A stretch of 64,000 bases of DNA from the NCBI GenBank assembly GCA_964645315.1, contig CAZYBH010000004.1, positions 853 through 64,852 on the forward strand. Reading direction: 5' to 3'. Positions 9,508 through 19,441 of the stretch are shown in pieces; positions within the stretch are counted from its first letter, which is position 1, and each line of letters starts with the position of its first letter. The notes beneath the pieces are model-generated. The model was not told the DNA's origin, did not search any database, and saw only the letters and a program-made list of their open reading frames with translations. Position numbers and translations under genes: made by a program. The DNA is from an uncultured Candidatus Saccharibacteria bacterium. Its GTDB lineage: Bacteria > Patescibacteriota > Minisyncoccia > Phycocordibacterales > PALSA-1337.

Positions 9508-9725
9508 ATTTTTTAAAGTTTATTACTATTAAGGCTGTGAATATGTTGATTGGTATATGGTGGCTTGGTTAACTGCTTGTTTGAAATGCTCTGTAAAATT
9601 TCTTGTGAATAATTTTTTATAACTAATCGTTCTGTAATTTGATACTATTTTCTCAACTTCTTATTAATTTATTATCCCAATACTTTTCCCCAACAAAATC
9701 CTTATTATCAACAACATTTCCACAG
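9508..9725. other. Replication origin oriC (dnaA-dnaN intergenic)
   Basis: DnaA-trio-like TAT TAC TAT TAA (9521-9532) + GGC + tandem box-like TGTGAATAT/TGTTGATTG (9536-9552); TGTGAATAA (9604-9612) fits TTATNCACA; further TTATCAACA and TTTCCACA near 9705-9724; AT-rich. Confidence 0.8.
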
Positions 9726-11072
9726 TTACAACATAGAACGAAGCTGATTTATTTCTTGTTCTAAGACAGTATCAGTCTTGATCTCCCCTTTTATCTTTTC
9801 GTAGGAGTGAATGGCTGTCGTATGGTCGCGACCACCAAGCTTCTCGCCGATCGAAGGGAAAGATACACCAAAATCTTCTCTCAAAAGGAAAATGATAACT
9901 TGTCTTGGTCTTACAACCTCTTTTCTACGGGTTTTATTGTAAATACTTTCTTCATCAATATTGTAAAATTCGGATACAACCTTGACGACATCTTTGATCA
10001 TAACCGTCTTTTTTGGTTTCGAGCTATTTTTGAGGATGTTTTTTACTTCATTTACGGTCAATTCTCGATTTCTAAGTTGGGTCTGACAAGCAATGACATT
10101 GATTATACCTTCTATCTCACGGATATTGTCGCTTATGGCTTCGGTAATAAGACCAATAGCTTCTTCTGGTAGAGATATAGAATGAGTAGCGCACTTTGTT
10201 TTGACTATGGCATTTCGAGATTCATTGTCTGGTTCGGGTATATCGACTATCATACCGACACTAAACCTACCTCTCAAACGATCCTCAAGGCCAGGAATGA
10301 CATTTGGGTGGCGATCAGAAGAAAAGATAAGTTGTCTTCCGGTATCGTGGAATGTATTGAAGAAATGAAATAATTCTTCTTGAAACTTCTCTTTATTTGA
10401 GAAGAATTGGACATCATCCATGATAATAACGTCGTATTTCCTGTATTTGTCTTTGAATGGCTGGACCTTACCTTCTTGGATGGCGACGAAAAACTCTGAT
10501 CCGAACTTTTCGGAGGTAAGATAATAGACTTTTTTGTTTGGGAAACTAGTCTTGATCTGATTGCCAATAGCTTGGATAAGGTGGGTTTTGCCTCTACCAG
10601 TAGAACCATAGACGAAAAGCGGGTTATAGACCATTCCTGGGCTTTTGATGACCGCTTGGGATGCTGCATGAGCCAATTCATTGAATGGGCCAACAACGAA
10701 ATTTTCGAAGGTATATCTGGGATTGAGATTGTCTTCTTTGTTTATGTAGAAATCCTGCAAAGGCATGGATATAGTCTGAGCAGAAAGGAGCTTTTTGTTC
10801 ATTTCTCCCCTCTTTTGGGCATCATCTTTGATAATAATGTACTCCAAAGCCCTGACATGATCATTTAGCTGTCTTAATATTCTTAAAATAGAATTGTGGA
10901 ATTTCTTATGAAGCCATTCTTGAGTAAAAGAATTTGGAACACCAAGATATACAACACCGTCTTCTTCCCTAATAATATTTGTCTCCTTGAACCATGTAGA
11001 AAAGTTTGCCTGGGAAACTCCAGATTGAATCTCGATCAAAGCCGTTTGCCACATCTTTGAAAAGTCTTGCAT
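9726..11072 (-). CDS. dnaA: Chromosomal replication initiator DnaA
   Basis: YTFENFVVG, YNPLFVYGSTGRGKTHL, DDVQF, GGRDHTT; start most likely ATG 11072 (6 nt after TATACT) or 11078 rather than 11150. Confidence 0.97.
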   Translation of the reverse strand: MQDFSKMWQTALIEIQSGVSQANFSTWFKETNIIREEDGVVYLGVPNSFTQEWLHKKFHNSILRILRQLNDHVRALEYIIIKDDAQKRGEMNKKLLSAQTISMPLQDFYINKEDNLNPRYTFENFVVGPFNELAHAASQAVIKSPGMVYNPLFVYGSTGRGKTHLIQAIGNQIKTSFPNKKVYYLTSEKFGSEFFVAIQEGKVQPFKDKYRKYDVIIMDDVQFFSNKEKFQEELFHFFNTFHDTGRQLIFSSDRHPNVIPGLEDRLRGRFSVGMIVDIPEPDNESRNAIVKTKCATHSISLPEEAIGLITEAISDNIREIEGIINVIACQTQLRNRELTVNEVKNILKNSSKPKKTVMIKDVVKVVSEFYNIDEESIYNKTRRKEVVRPRQVIIFLLREDFGVSFPSIGEKLGGRDHTTAIHSYEKIKGEIKTDTVLEQEINQLRSML

Positions 11073-11107
11073 GCACATAGTATATACTTGTTTATAATTC
11101 TGAAAAC

Positions 11108-11148
11108 TTGTGGAATGGTACAAAATATGTTGATAAGATGTTGATAAC
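11108..11148. promoter_or_regulatory. DnaA box cluster upstream of dnaA
   Basis: TGTGGAATG and two TGTTGATAA (rc TTATCAACA, one mismatch to consensus). Confidence 0.6.
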
Positions 11149-11268
11149 AATTTTTTAGTCTATTTTTAAAATAAATTATTAATTTTCCAAATTTCTAATT
11201 GTTTTGAACTGGATTTAATATAATTATTTTAAACTTGAAAAAATTTATAAATACTGTATAGTGTCTCC

Positions 11269-11403
11269 ATGTCATTTACGTATAATCCAAACAAAAGAAA
11301 AAGAGCAAAGACTCACGGTTTTCGTGTCCGCATGAAAAGTCCTGGAGGCAAGAACGTCTTGGCTCGTCGCAGATCCAAGGGTCGTGCGCGCCTAGCTGTA
11401 TAA
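11269..11403 (+). CDS. rpmH: 50S ribosomal protein L34
   Basis: Hand-translated [44 protein letters not shown]; canonical position. Confidence 0.97.
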   Translation: MSFTYNPNKRKRAKTHGFRVRMKSPGGKNVLARRRSKGRARLAV

Positions 11404-11405
11404 TT

Positions 11406-11741
11406 ATGCTTCCTAGCTCAAATAGGCTATCGGTAAAAGAGTTTAATGAAGTATTAGAAAAAGGAAGGGTTGTACACAATCCCCTTTTTTGGCTAAGAAC
11501 AATAAACTCCACAGACAAAACCCAAGTTTCGGTTATTTGCCCAAAAAAGGTTGGTAAAAATGCTGTTATTAGAAATAGATTTCGTAGGGTCGTTTACAGA
11601 TTAATTCAAGAAAATATCTTCAATTCTCTAGTTAATTCAAAAAATATCATATGTTTGAAAGATCCGGTAATTAAGGCCAACAGTACAGATTTGAGCCAAA
11701 ATTTAAAAGATATTTTTGTAAAAGCTAAGCTTTTGAAGTAG
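11406..11741 (+). CDS. rnpA: Ribonuclease P protein component
   Basis: KKVGKNAVIRNRFRR (RNR motif); follows rpmH. Confidence 0.92.
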   Translation: MLPSSNRLSVKEFNEVLEKGRVVHNPLFWLRTINSTDKTQVSVICPKKVGKNAVIRNRFRRVVYRLIQENIFNSLVNSKNIICLKDPVIKANSTDLSQNLKDIFVKAKLLK

Positions 11742-11750
11742 AATAAGCCA

Positions 11751-12512
11751 ATGTACAATACACTAATATTTACTCCTCTCTATAATATTTTGGTAGAGAT
11801 AATGAATCTAATTCCAGGTATCGGTCTTGGTGTGGCAGTGATTATATTTACTATAGTTATAAAGGTTATTCTCTTCCCTTTGACCAAGAAGGCGCTTATT
11901 ACACAAGTCAAAATGAAGGCTATAGAACCCGAAGTCAATAAGATCAGGCTTCAGTATGCAAATAATAAGCAAGAGCAGGCCATCAAAATAATGGAATTTT
12001 ACAAAGCAAAAAATATTAAGCCTTTATTCGGTGTTTTGCTCATGTTTATTCAGTTGCCAATACTTTTTGCTTTGATTTCGGTTATTTATCATGTTATCCC
12101 TGAGGTCAATCCACAATATTTGTATTCTTTTGTAACCGTTCCTCATATTAGTACAACATTGTTTGGTATAGATATTACAAACAAAAGTTTGATTTTGGCT
12201 TTGCTTGTGGCTGTTTCTCAATATATTCAGCTCAAATACTCTGTTTCGATGCGCCAACAAAAATCCGTTAGTGACAAAATTTTGAAGAATGGTGGCAAAC
12301 TAGATGCACCATCCGAGATAGCAAACAATCTAAACAGTCAGATGAAAATCATGATGCCTATTTTGGCCTTTGTTTCGGTTTATTGGCTTATTCCTATCAA
12401 GTTCCCTGCCGCTTCGTCGGTTATCGCCATATATTGGATAGTAAGTTCACTCTTCACTCTTGCTCAAGAGTTGTATATCAAACGCAAACATCTAGGAGAA
12501 GAGATTGCTTAG
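11751..12512 (+). CDS. yidC: Membrane protein insertase YidC
   Basis: IKVILFPL, IQLPI, IYW..S..F.LAQE; canonical rpmH-rnpA-yidC order. Confidence 0.92.
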   Translation: MYNTLIFTPLYNILVEIMNLIPGIGLGVAVIIFTIVIKVILFPLTKKALITQVKMKAIEPEVNKIRLQYANNKQEQAIKIMEFYKAKNIKPLFGVLLMFIQLPILFALISVIYHVIPEVNPQYLYSFVTVPHISTTLFGIDITNKSLILALLVAVSQYIQLKYSVSMRQQKSVSDKILKNGGKLDAPSEIANNLNSQMKIMMPILAFVSVYWLIPIKFPAASSVIAIYWIVSSLFTLAQELYIKRKHLGEEIA

Positions 12513-13798
12513 ATACCGACAAGATCTAGAGACCAAAGACTTAGATCGTCTTTGTTCATGAAGAATAGATAATCATCTTTGCTATCAGTGCTTAAATTGA
12601 AAGCATTTATTAGGCTATTACTGTTTAGGAGATTTGCTATCAATCGTACATCAGCGGATTTTATATTGTATTGCCAGATTTTGTCATTTGAAGTGACAAT
12701 TCCCTTATACCAATCATCTGGATAGACAGCGTTTGTAGGCAAAGAAGGTGTAGCACAATACAATAGCTCTTTATAGAAATTACCCCAAGTACATTTTTCT
12801 GCCAAGGTGCGCAATGTAGTCTCTATTGGCGTGCTTGAACCAACTTTGTATATATTTGTAAGAATATTTTGTTCCTTACCGGTTGAAGAGGTCAAAACAT
12901 ATTTTGCATCTTTACTGGTCTTTGTTGCTAGACCATTTATCGGACCAAGGATTTTTTTGAATAGGCCGGTTTTTGGATTGACGAAATATAAATATCCAGA
13001 GACATAAGCGCCTGCTTTTGTAGTGATTGAAATAGTATTTTCTTCCGGCCACTCAGATACTACTTGAGTAAGTGGTTGAGTGAAGATTTTTGTTACAGAA
13101 GTACCGTCAAATTTGGATATATAACCGACTCCTTGACCGTTTTCTTTTATTAGCATGAAAATCCTATCTCTCTTGGGAGAAACAGCATAAGCAATCATGT
13201 TTTCTGGCAGATTTTTGCCTCTCAAATTGTAAGGGGTAATGTTTGTCGTTGTGGCTTGAGTCGAACTGGCTTGTTTATTGAGTTTTGCATAGACAACATT
13301 TGGTGTATCAGAATTTGCTGGTATGATCGTGCCGATAAGAGCACCCAAATCTTTGCTCCAAACACTTTCATACATTCTAGGTATAACAGTGTTTGATAGT
13401 GTAGCAATCTCTGTACTATCGCCTTTGGTCTCCAAGACATTGCCCCTACCCCTCTCTATCCAGCGTATAATAGTCGTACTTGCAGTCGTGCTTGCTCCAT
13501 AACCACCGACGGGCTCTTGGCTCAATTGCCTAAGGCTTGGGGCTTTCTCATTTGAGATTGTAGATTGATTGCTTGAGCTTGTGGCCTCGGTTGTCTGGTT
13601 TGTATCGGGAGTTGTGGTGTTTTGTTGATCAACCATCTTGCCTCCAATAGGTACGAAACCTCCACTACTGCCATTGTTTGGATTTTGATTGGTTTGTAGA
13701 GTGCCATTGCCTGGTCCATAGAAGAACATATACCAATATACCCCACCAGCGATGAGTAGAAGTAGTACCGTGAAAATTATTATTTTTGTGGGTTTCAT
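12509..13798 (-). CDS. Membrane-anchored extracellular protein, probable beta-propeller
   Basis: N-terminal TM, Thr/Asn-rich linker, beta-rich repeats, PDDWYKG motif; last gene of the T4SS-like operon. Confidence 0.7.
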   Translation of the reverse strand: MKPTKIIIFTVLLLLIAGGVYWYMFFYGPGNGTLQTNQNPNNGSSGGFVPIGGKMVDQQNTTTPDTNQTTEATSSSNQSTISNEKAPSLRQLSQEPVGGYGASTTASTTIIRWIERGRGNVLETKGDSTEIATLSNTVIPRMYESVWSKDLGALIGTIIPANSDTPNVVYAKLNKQASSTQATTTNITPYNLRGKNLPENMIAYAVSPKRDRIFMLIKENGQGVGYISKFDGTSVTKIFTQPLTQVVSEWPEENTISITTKAGAYVSGYLYFVNPKTGLFKKILGPINGLATKTSKDAKYVLTSSTGKEQNILTNIYKVGSSTPIETTLRTLAEKCTWGNFYKELLYCATPSLPTNAVYPDDWYKGIVTSNDKIWQYNIKSADVRLIANLLNSNSLINAFNLSTDSKDDYLFFMNKDDLSLWSLDLVGI

Positions 13799-13800
13799 AA

Positions 13801-15030
13801 TTATTTTAGATACTCATTTTGATCTATGTCATTTATCATTGAATCACAATCTGAATCGAAAAGCTTTTTTAATTCAGGATCAGGACTTAATGATTGGCCA
13901 TTAGATTTTATTATTCTGGTCCAGGATTTCAAAAACTTAGTAGCTGCATCTTTGGAAGGAAAAGTTACGATCGTACCATCCGCATTGACCATTTCAACTT
14001 TTCCAGACGGTTTAATTTCTCTTACAGACATATTTGCAAGTTTAATCCTCTGAAGATTCAAGAGGTTTTGTCCGTAGGTGTCCAAGCGGTTAATTGGTTC
14101 AATGTCTACGGCTCCTACTTCTTGCAAATTTTTTATTCTCCTGTTTTTTAATTCAGTCAATGAGTCCTTATTTTTTCCTATTTCTTTCATTGCACGTTGC
14201 ATATCTTCCTGATTATACTTGTCTTCAAATGCTCCATCTATTCTGTTCAATGAGTCTCTTATGAGTCCATTTACATCTATCTTAAATTCGCTAATATTTA
14301 GACTTATAATTTTTTCGCTTACAATTTGAAGCTCACTTGCCCATTGTTTTTCGAGTTCTGATATTAGTTTTGCGTTTTCGGTAGAAGAAGCGGCGCTTTT
14401 GAGCTCGTTAATTTTTTTGGCAGTTTCGTTTGCTTTCGCAATAGCTTCTCGCAGCTCTGTTTTATCAGCACTAACCTCATTACCTATTTCATATCCTCGC
14501 ATCGTGTATTTTGATGTATCAGAAGCAACTGAATTCATAAGTTTTGCATACGCGTCATTTGCAAGTTCTGAATTAAAAGTTATTTCTGGTACCAAAGTAT
14601 TTGGTATTTCGGTAAGTCGAGGATCGACGGTGCGAAGAATTATAAATGAAGTTAGAACTAAGACAAGGCCTATAATGGCATTCTTTGCTCGATCAAGACT
14701 AGATTTTTTGTTTGTAACCGAGGTTGTGATTATGTATTCAAGACCTCCCCAGACCAATTGGACTACAGCGAAAGCGGCAGAAAGAGCGATGAGTAGATTG
14801 AAGGTATATTGAACATAAGTTTTGAAGTCTACTGTTTCCACCAATGAACCATTGCCATCTTTACAAGAGATTCCATTTCCCTCTATACATGGAAGTGGTG
14901 CTAGTACTGTATATTTACCATCAGAAGTGGTTTCGGCACCTCTCGATATGTGTGGCGTTGCTACAAGGCCAAGTCCTATCGATAAGGTTATAGTTAGAGC
15001 AAGGAGATTTTTTTTGAAATTATAAGACAT
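13801..15030 (-). CDS. TrbC/VirB2-like T4SS pilin domain fused to a helical C-terminal extension
   Basis: Signal-like helix then ...AVVQLVWGGLEYI...AKNAIIGLVLVLTSFIILRTVDP pilin-like hairpin. Confidence 0.7.
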   Translation of the reverse strand: MSYNFKKNLLALTITLSIGLGLVATPHISRGAETTSDGKYTVLAPLPCIEGNGISCKDGNGSLVETVDFKTYVQYTFNLLIALSAAFAVVQLVWGGLEYIITTSVTNKKSSLDRAKNAIIGLVLVLTSFIILRTVDPRLTEIPNTLVPEITFNSELANDAYAKLMNSVASDTSKYTMRGYEIGNEVSADKTELREAIAKANETAKKINELKSAASSTENAKLISELEKQWASELQIVSEKIISLNISEFKIDVNGLIRDSLNRIDGAFEDKYNQEDMQRAMKEIGKNKDSLTELKNRRIKNLQEVGAVDIEPINRLDTYGQNLLNLQRIKLANMSVREIKPSGKVEMVNADGTIVTFPSKDAATKFLKSWTRIIKSNGQSLSPDPELKKLFDSDCDSMINDIDQNEYLK

Positions 15031-15031
15031 A

Positions 15032-16048
15032 TTAATTATTGTTGGTGTCTATAGAATTAAACCTAATGGTAAAGTTTGAGCTGGCTTTTTGGAGTATGTC
15101 TTTTTTGTTTTTGATTGTTAATTCGATATTTGATGCACCGGATGAATTTTCTGGAGCACGGAGAGTAACTGATTGATTTTGAGATAATTCTGGTTTTTCG
15201 TAGTTATTTATCATCCATGTAAGTAGAAGATTGCCCAATCCATTGATTGGTTTATTGAAACCATAAGGTTGCATTATGACACTAACCTCTTTTTCTTTGC
15301 CGATAACGATATTTTCTGGCAAGATTTTGTTGTAAAGTGGTCCATATAGCGGATCATCGATATAAAAATTGAGACTAGGTGAGGCATAGCTTATGTTTAT
15401 GTATCCGGAGACTTTTTTCTGACCATCTCTTGTAAAAGCCGTGACTGTAATGGTCGTATCTCTGGGCACGATTTCACCCACTAGATTGAAACTTTGTTTG
15501 CCATAGCCACTTTGATCTTCGACACTTCGACTATTTCTCTTCCATTCATAAACAAGATTTTTTGGATCGTATTCTACACCTTTGGAATCAGCCAAATGAG
15601 GAATAGCAATAATATTTAGAGAATTTTGATAGGACACTGGTAATTTGCCCAAAAAGAGCGGTGGTGTATGGCCATCATTTTCTACAATCAAGTCTATAGA
15701 ACCAGAGCCGACTGACAATTTTCCTGAAACGCTAATGCCGTTTGATGAAAGGGCTTGGACTGTGACCAATGTCTCTTTGCCAAGAGCTGGGGCGGTGATC
15801 TCGTAGGAAGTTAGACCTGTACCCTTTTGGACTACCTTGTCATTTACTGACCAGGTCACATTTGCAGAATCTATATCTATGCTATAGCTACGCGCTCGGA
15901 TTGAGACTTTTTGACCTGGAGCGGGACTATCTATAGATGCGGTAAGCTCTAGACTATTTGCACTTACAGGTACACCTTGAGCATGAGCAAAGTCAAACTG
16001 AAATATAGAAAATGTTAGAGAAAATAATAAGAACAGAATTCTATTCAT
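15032..16048 (-). CDS. Secreted protein with Ig/PKD-like beta domains
   Basis: Signal peptide ending AHA|Q; three beta-sandwich-like repeats with W-x-V/I-N-like motifs. Confidence 0.7.
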   Translation of the reverse strand: MNRILFLLFSLTFSIFQFDFAHAQGVPVSANSLELTASIDSPAPGQKVSIRARSYSIDIDSANVTWSVNDKVVQKGTGLTSYEITAPALGKETLVTVQALSSNGISVSGKLSVGSGSIDLIVENDGHTPPLFLGKLPVSYQNSLNIIAIPHLADSKGVEYDPKNLVYEWKRNSRSVEDQSGYGKQSFNLVGEIVPRDTTITVTAFTRDGQKKVSGYINISYASPSLNFYIDDPLYGPLYNKILPENIVIGKEKEVSVIMQPYGFNKPINGLGNLLLTWMINNYEKPELSQNQSVTLRAPENSSGASNIELTIKNKKDILQKASSNFTIRFNSIDTNNN

Positions 16049-16081
16049 GGCTATATTTTAGCACAACAATTACAAAAACTA

Positions 16082-16519
16082 TTAGTCCAATCTTGGTGGA
16101 CGCACACCATTTTCATTGACCGGACTGGAACTATTGTAATTTGCATTTGAAGGCAATCTTACACCATCTTGGTATGCTGGCTTTCTTGGGTTGGAATATA
16201 TCTCTTCTTCGGCTTGTCGTTGTTTAAATTGAGCGTTGTCTTTTCGTGAAGCTTGATGAATGTAGAAAATATCTACTATCCAGGCCGGTGCAATTCCAAC
16301 AGAAAAAAACTCAGCTGCAGCAGTAAAACCAAGAAGTGAAATCAGTCTTGTGGGATGTTTTGTTAGATCTAAACCCCGCAATTTAAAATAACCAAAGAAT
16401 CCAATACCTATAAAAACATCAGCTAATAGATCAGCACCAGGAAAAAATATCTGAACAATATCGATTATAATAGCTACTATATAAACAAATATCCACTCGA
16501 TTATTCCTATTTTTGACAT
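16082..16519 (-). CDS. Small membrane protein of the T4SS-like cluster
   Basis: Three hydrophobic segments; directly downstream of the VirB4-like gene. Confidence 0.7.
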   Translation of the reverse strand: MSKIGIIEWIFVYIVAIIIDIVQIFFPGADLLADVFIGIGFFGYFKLRGLDLTKHPTRLISLLGFTAAAEFFSVGIAPAWIVDIFYIHQASRKDNAQFKQRQAEEEIYSNPRKPAYQDGVRLPSNANYNSSSPVNENGVRPPRLD

Positions 16520-16520
16520 A

Positions 16521-18332
16521 TTATTGACCGGATTGCTCCAATTGCTTCTTTGCTTCCTTGATCTGCATAACTTGGGCTGGATTTGTGGTAATGATCTGAT
16601 CCTCGGTGTACGAACCTACGATTTTGATGGCGACATGCTTGAGTCCTACGAAGAATATACCCTCTCCCACGTCAGATTCTAGTAATAGATATTTCTCTTC
16701 ATCAGTAAGATTGAAGGTTTTTTGGATATGATCAATAACGGTTGGAGATTGCTTGAGTAGGATTTGCATTGAAGAGTTGGTAAGAATTGGCAAACCGTAA
16801 GGAGATTTGAGGAAGTCGTCCACGTCTTGGGTAATAGTTGCAAGACCAAGGAAATATTTGCGACCTCTCTTCGCTAGACCGAAAAGGAATGAGGCAGTAT
16901 CTTCTGATTTCATCATCCACCACGCCTCATCAATAACAAGAAGTCTTTTCTTGAGATTTTTGCGGATTGCATTCCAAATATAGTGAGTAACGATGTACAT
17001 AGCTACTGGTTTCAATTCGTCTTCCATGTCTCTTAGTGAAAAGACCACGAAGCGCTTATTGATATCGACATTTGTGGGACGATTGATGAAACTTGACCAG
17101 GTACCCTTTGTATATTTTGTAAGTCTTTGGACCAAAGATTCGGTGCCTTCCATTCCTGTCAAAACTAATTCGAAATCGGAAAGAAGCGGTGGCTCTATAT
17201 TGGCAAAATTGGATTCTGGAGTTATGTCTTTCAAAGCGTAGGTTTCGGTTATTGCCCTATCGATAATAGCGTCTTCTTCTTGAGTAAGCCCACCAAGCAT
17301 GATGCGGAATAGTCCAACTAGGTTTATTATATTTGAACGCAGAACATCACTAGCGGATTCATCTTCTCTTGGTATTGGTAGATCAAAAGGATTGATATGG
17401 TGTTCGGAATTGAGAGAAATGTTGAAATATTTGCCACCAGTAGCTGTGGACATATACTCATATTCTTTTTCGGGATCGATAACTATAACATCTGTATCAA
17501 ACATCAATGTTCTCAATATTTCTAGCTTGGTACAGTAGGATTTACCAGAACCAGCAACGGCAAAAGTAACTGAATTGTAATTTTCTAGGCTAAATCGATC
17601 AAATAAGACCAAAGAAGAATTGTGTCTATTTATGCCATAAAGTATGCCTTTGTCTGAAGTCAGGTCAAAAGAAACAAATGGAAATAGTGAAGAAAGTGGT
17701 GATGAATTGAGCTTTGAATTGACTTGAAGCATATCGTCACCTATCGGTATTACACTCTTGAAACCCTCTTCTTGTTGGAATAGGGCTGGTTTTACATAGA
17801 CAAGTTTGGATTCTAGTATTGATTTTATTTCTGATTCCAATTTGTCTAGCTCATTTTCATTGTCGGCAAAGATTGTAATATAAACACCAACATCAAAAAG
17901 GTGCTCTTGAGCTTGCATCAATTGATCGCGAAGATTTTCGAGATCTTGATAGGCTGTATCGAGCGATGGTTCGCGGACTAGACCCTTCTCTTCTCTTCTT
18001 GCTATCTGGCTTTGGACTTCAGCTACTTTCTTTTTGAAATGATGGAGAATCTTGGCTGTATCGACTGGATGAATGAAAATTGAAACATTAAAAACCTTGT
18101 CGAGATTGATTATTGGAGCAAACCAACCTTCATCGACAAATCTTGGATATGAAATGACGAAAAGTGTTCTGCCGATCTTTTCGCCTAAGTTGATATCTTT
18201 TGGGCTAATTTTGAGGGCGGAAGGAGCGATAATGTCTCTCAATTCCAAAACTCCAGCTTGATATATCTCTTCAGGCAAAACTGAGACTATTGGATCCTCT
18301 TTTTTACCAAATAATTTTGAAAAAAATGCCAT
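16521..18332 (-). CDS. VirB4/TraC-like (DUF87) ATPase
   Basis: GILYGIN, Walker A AVAGSGKS, IVIDPEKEY, INPFD, LLVIDEAW, RGRKY..LATITQ. Confidence 0.9.
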   Translation of the reverse strand: MAFFSKLFGKKEDPIVSVLPEEIYQAGVLELRDIIAPSALKISPKDINLGEKIGRTLFVISYPRFVDEGWFAPIINLDKVFNVSIFIHPVDTAKILHHFKKKVAEVQSQIARREEKGLVREPSLDTAYQDLENLRDQLMQAQEHLFDVGVYITIFADNENELDKLESEIKSILESKLVYVKPALFQQEEGFKSVIPIGDDMLQVNSKLNSSPLSSLFPFVSFDLTSDKGILYGINRHNSSLVLFDRFSLENYNSVTFAVAGSGKSYCTKLEILRTLMFDTDVIVIDPEKEYEYMSTATGGKYFNISLNSEHHINPFDLPIPREDESASDVLRSNIINLVGLFRIMLGGLTQEEDAIIDRAITETYALKDITPESNFANIEPPLLSDFELVLTGMEGTESLVQRLTKYTKGTWSSFINRPTNVDINKRFVVFSLRDMEDELKPVAMYIVTHYIWNAIRKNLKKRLLVIDEAWWMMKSEDTASFLFGLAKRGRKYFLGLATITQDVDDFLKSPYGLPILTNSSMQILLKQSPTVIDHIQKTFNLTDEEKYLLLESDVGEGIFFVGLKHVAIKIVGSYTEDQIITTNPAQVMQIKEAKKQLEQSGQ

Positions 18333-18333
18333 A

Positions 18334-18975
18334 TTATCTAATTTGAATTGGCTTTTCGGTCTCGCCAGGATTGAAAAGCTTATAATATAATTCTACCACT
18401 TCTTCGGTACCTAGCTCGGCTGTTCTTATCCCACATCTTACAAGTCCTTGCTCTACGACAGCTATTCTCTGCTCAAGCTGGCTTCTATTTTCTTTGAATT
18501 GCATTTCGGCCGTCTCTTTTTGATCTTTGCCATGCGATCTACCAGGGAGAATCCTGGTAAGAGGATTGTTCGATATGCTTTGAGGGATCGGATCATAAGG
18601 CACTACGACAAAGAAACTTTTTGACATAATGTTTGTATTTTCTACAAAAGCCTTTACGAATTCTATATACTCGCGGACTTGAATTTTCATCAATTCGCTA
18701 ACCTGCTCTTTGTATCGATCTTCCAATAAAGCAATATATGGCCTTATATCGAGCTTTTTTGATTGGATTACAATTTGAACTGAGAAATCCAATGAGTTTA
18801 GGAAATTTTGGAATTGGAGAAGTATCGAAGCTTGCTCATCTTGAGACTTAAGAGCGAAGTTTAGAGATGAGGCCAATACAATAGATCTCATGCCTCCGTT
18901 TTTGAGGATAATAACCCCATCGCGAATCTCTTGAATGGGAACAAATTCTTGAGTTGTTTTTGAAGCTGTAGCCAT
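18334..18975 (-). CDS. VirB4/TraC N-terminal-like partner protein
   Basis: IRDGVIIL...SSLNFALKS.DEQ...FQNFLNSLDF; located between prgI-like and virB4-like genes. Confidence 0.75.
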   Translation of the reverse strand: MATASKTTQEFVPIQEIRDGVIILKNGGMRSIVLASSLNFALKSQDEQASILLQFQNFLNSLDFSVQIVIQSKKLDIRPYIALLEDRYKEQVSELMKIQVREYIEFVKAFVENTNIMSKSFFVVVPYDPIPQSISNNPLTRILPGRSHGKDQKETAEMQFKENRSQLEQRIAVVEQGLVRCGIRTAELGTEEVVELYYKLFNPGETEKPIQIR

Positions 18976-19403
18976 TATTTTTGATTTTGATTAGAGTACA
19001 TACTCTCTTTGATATCCAATGACCATGTGAGATCTTTGAGTTTGCTGTCGGAGATTTTTGGTACCATAACTGAAGCGTAATTTTGATTTTCTTGAGCTTT
19101 ATCTTGCTTTTTGATGGGTTTATCGGACTTTTTCCAGATATATAGTTTGCTATTTGTATAATAATGAAAAGCTGATTCTAGTACACTGACGAAAGGTTTG
19201 TTGTTTATCTTGAGAAATGCCAAAGCGCTAGATGCTCCCATGATTATTGCTGCTGGGAATAATGAAAGGATGAAGTTGTCCAATATGACATATATGATAA
19301 ACGACAACCCTGCCCCACCGACGAGATAAATAAACTGCTTTAGGGTTAATTGCCCAAAGATCTTATCTTCCACTTCAATAAATTGAGGAACTTGGAATCG
19401 CAT
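18975..19403 (-). CDS. PrgI-family (VirB3-like) membrane protein
   Basis: QVPQFIEVEDKIFGQLTLKQF + two TMs; start at ATG 19403, 5 nt after TATAAT. Confidence 0.85.
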   Translation of the reverse strand: MRFQVPQFIEVEDKIFGQLTLKQFIYLVGGAGLSFIIYVILDNFILSLFPAAIIMGASSALAFLKINNKPFVSVLESAFHYYTNSKLYIWKKSDKPIKKQDKAQENQNYASVMVPKISDSKLKDLTWSLDIKESMYSNQNQK

Positions 19404-19441
19404 CGAATATATTATAACCCAAGCACAAAACAAAGTCTTGT

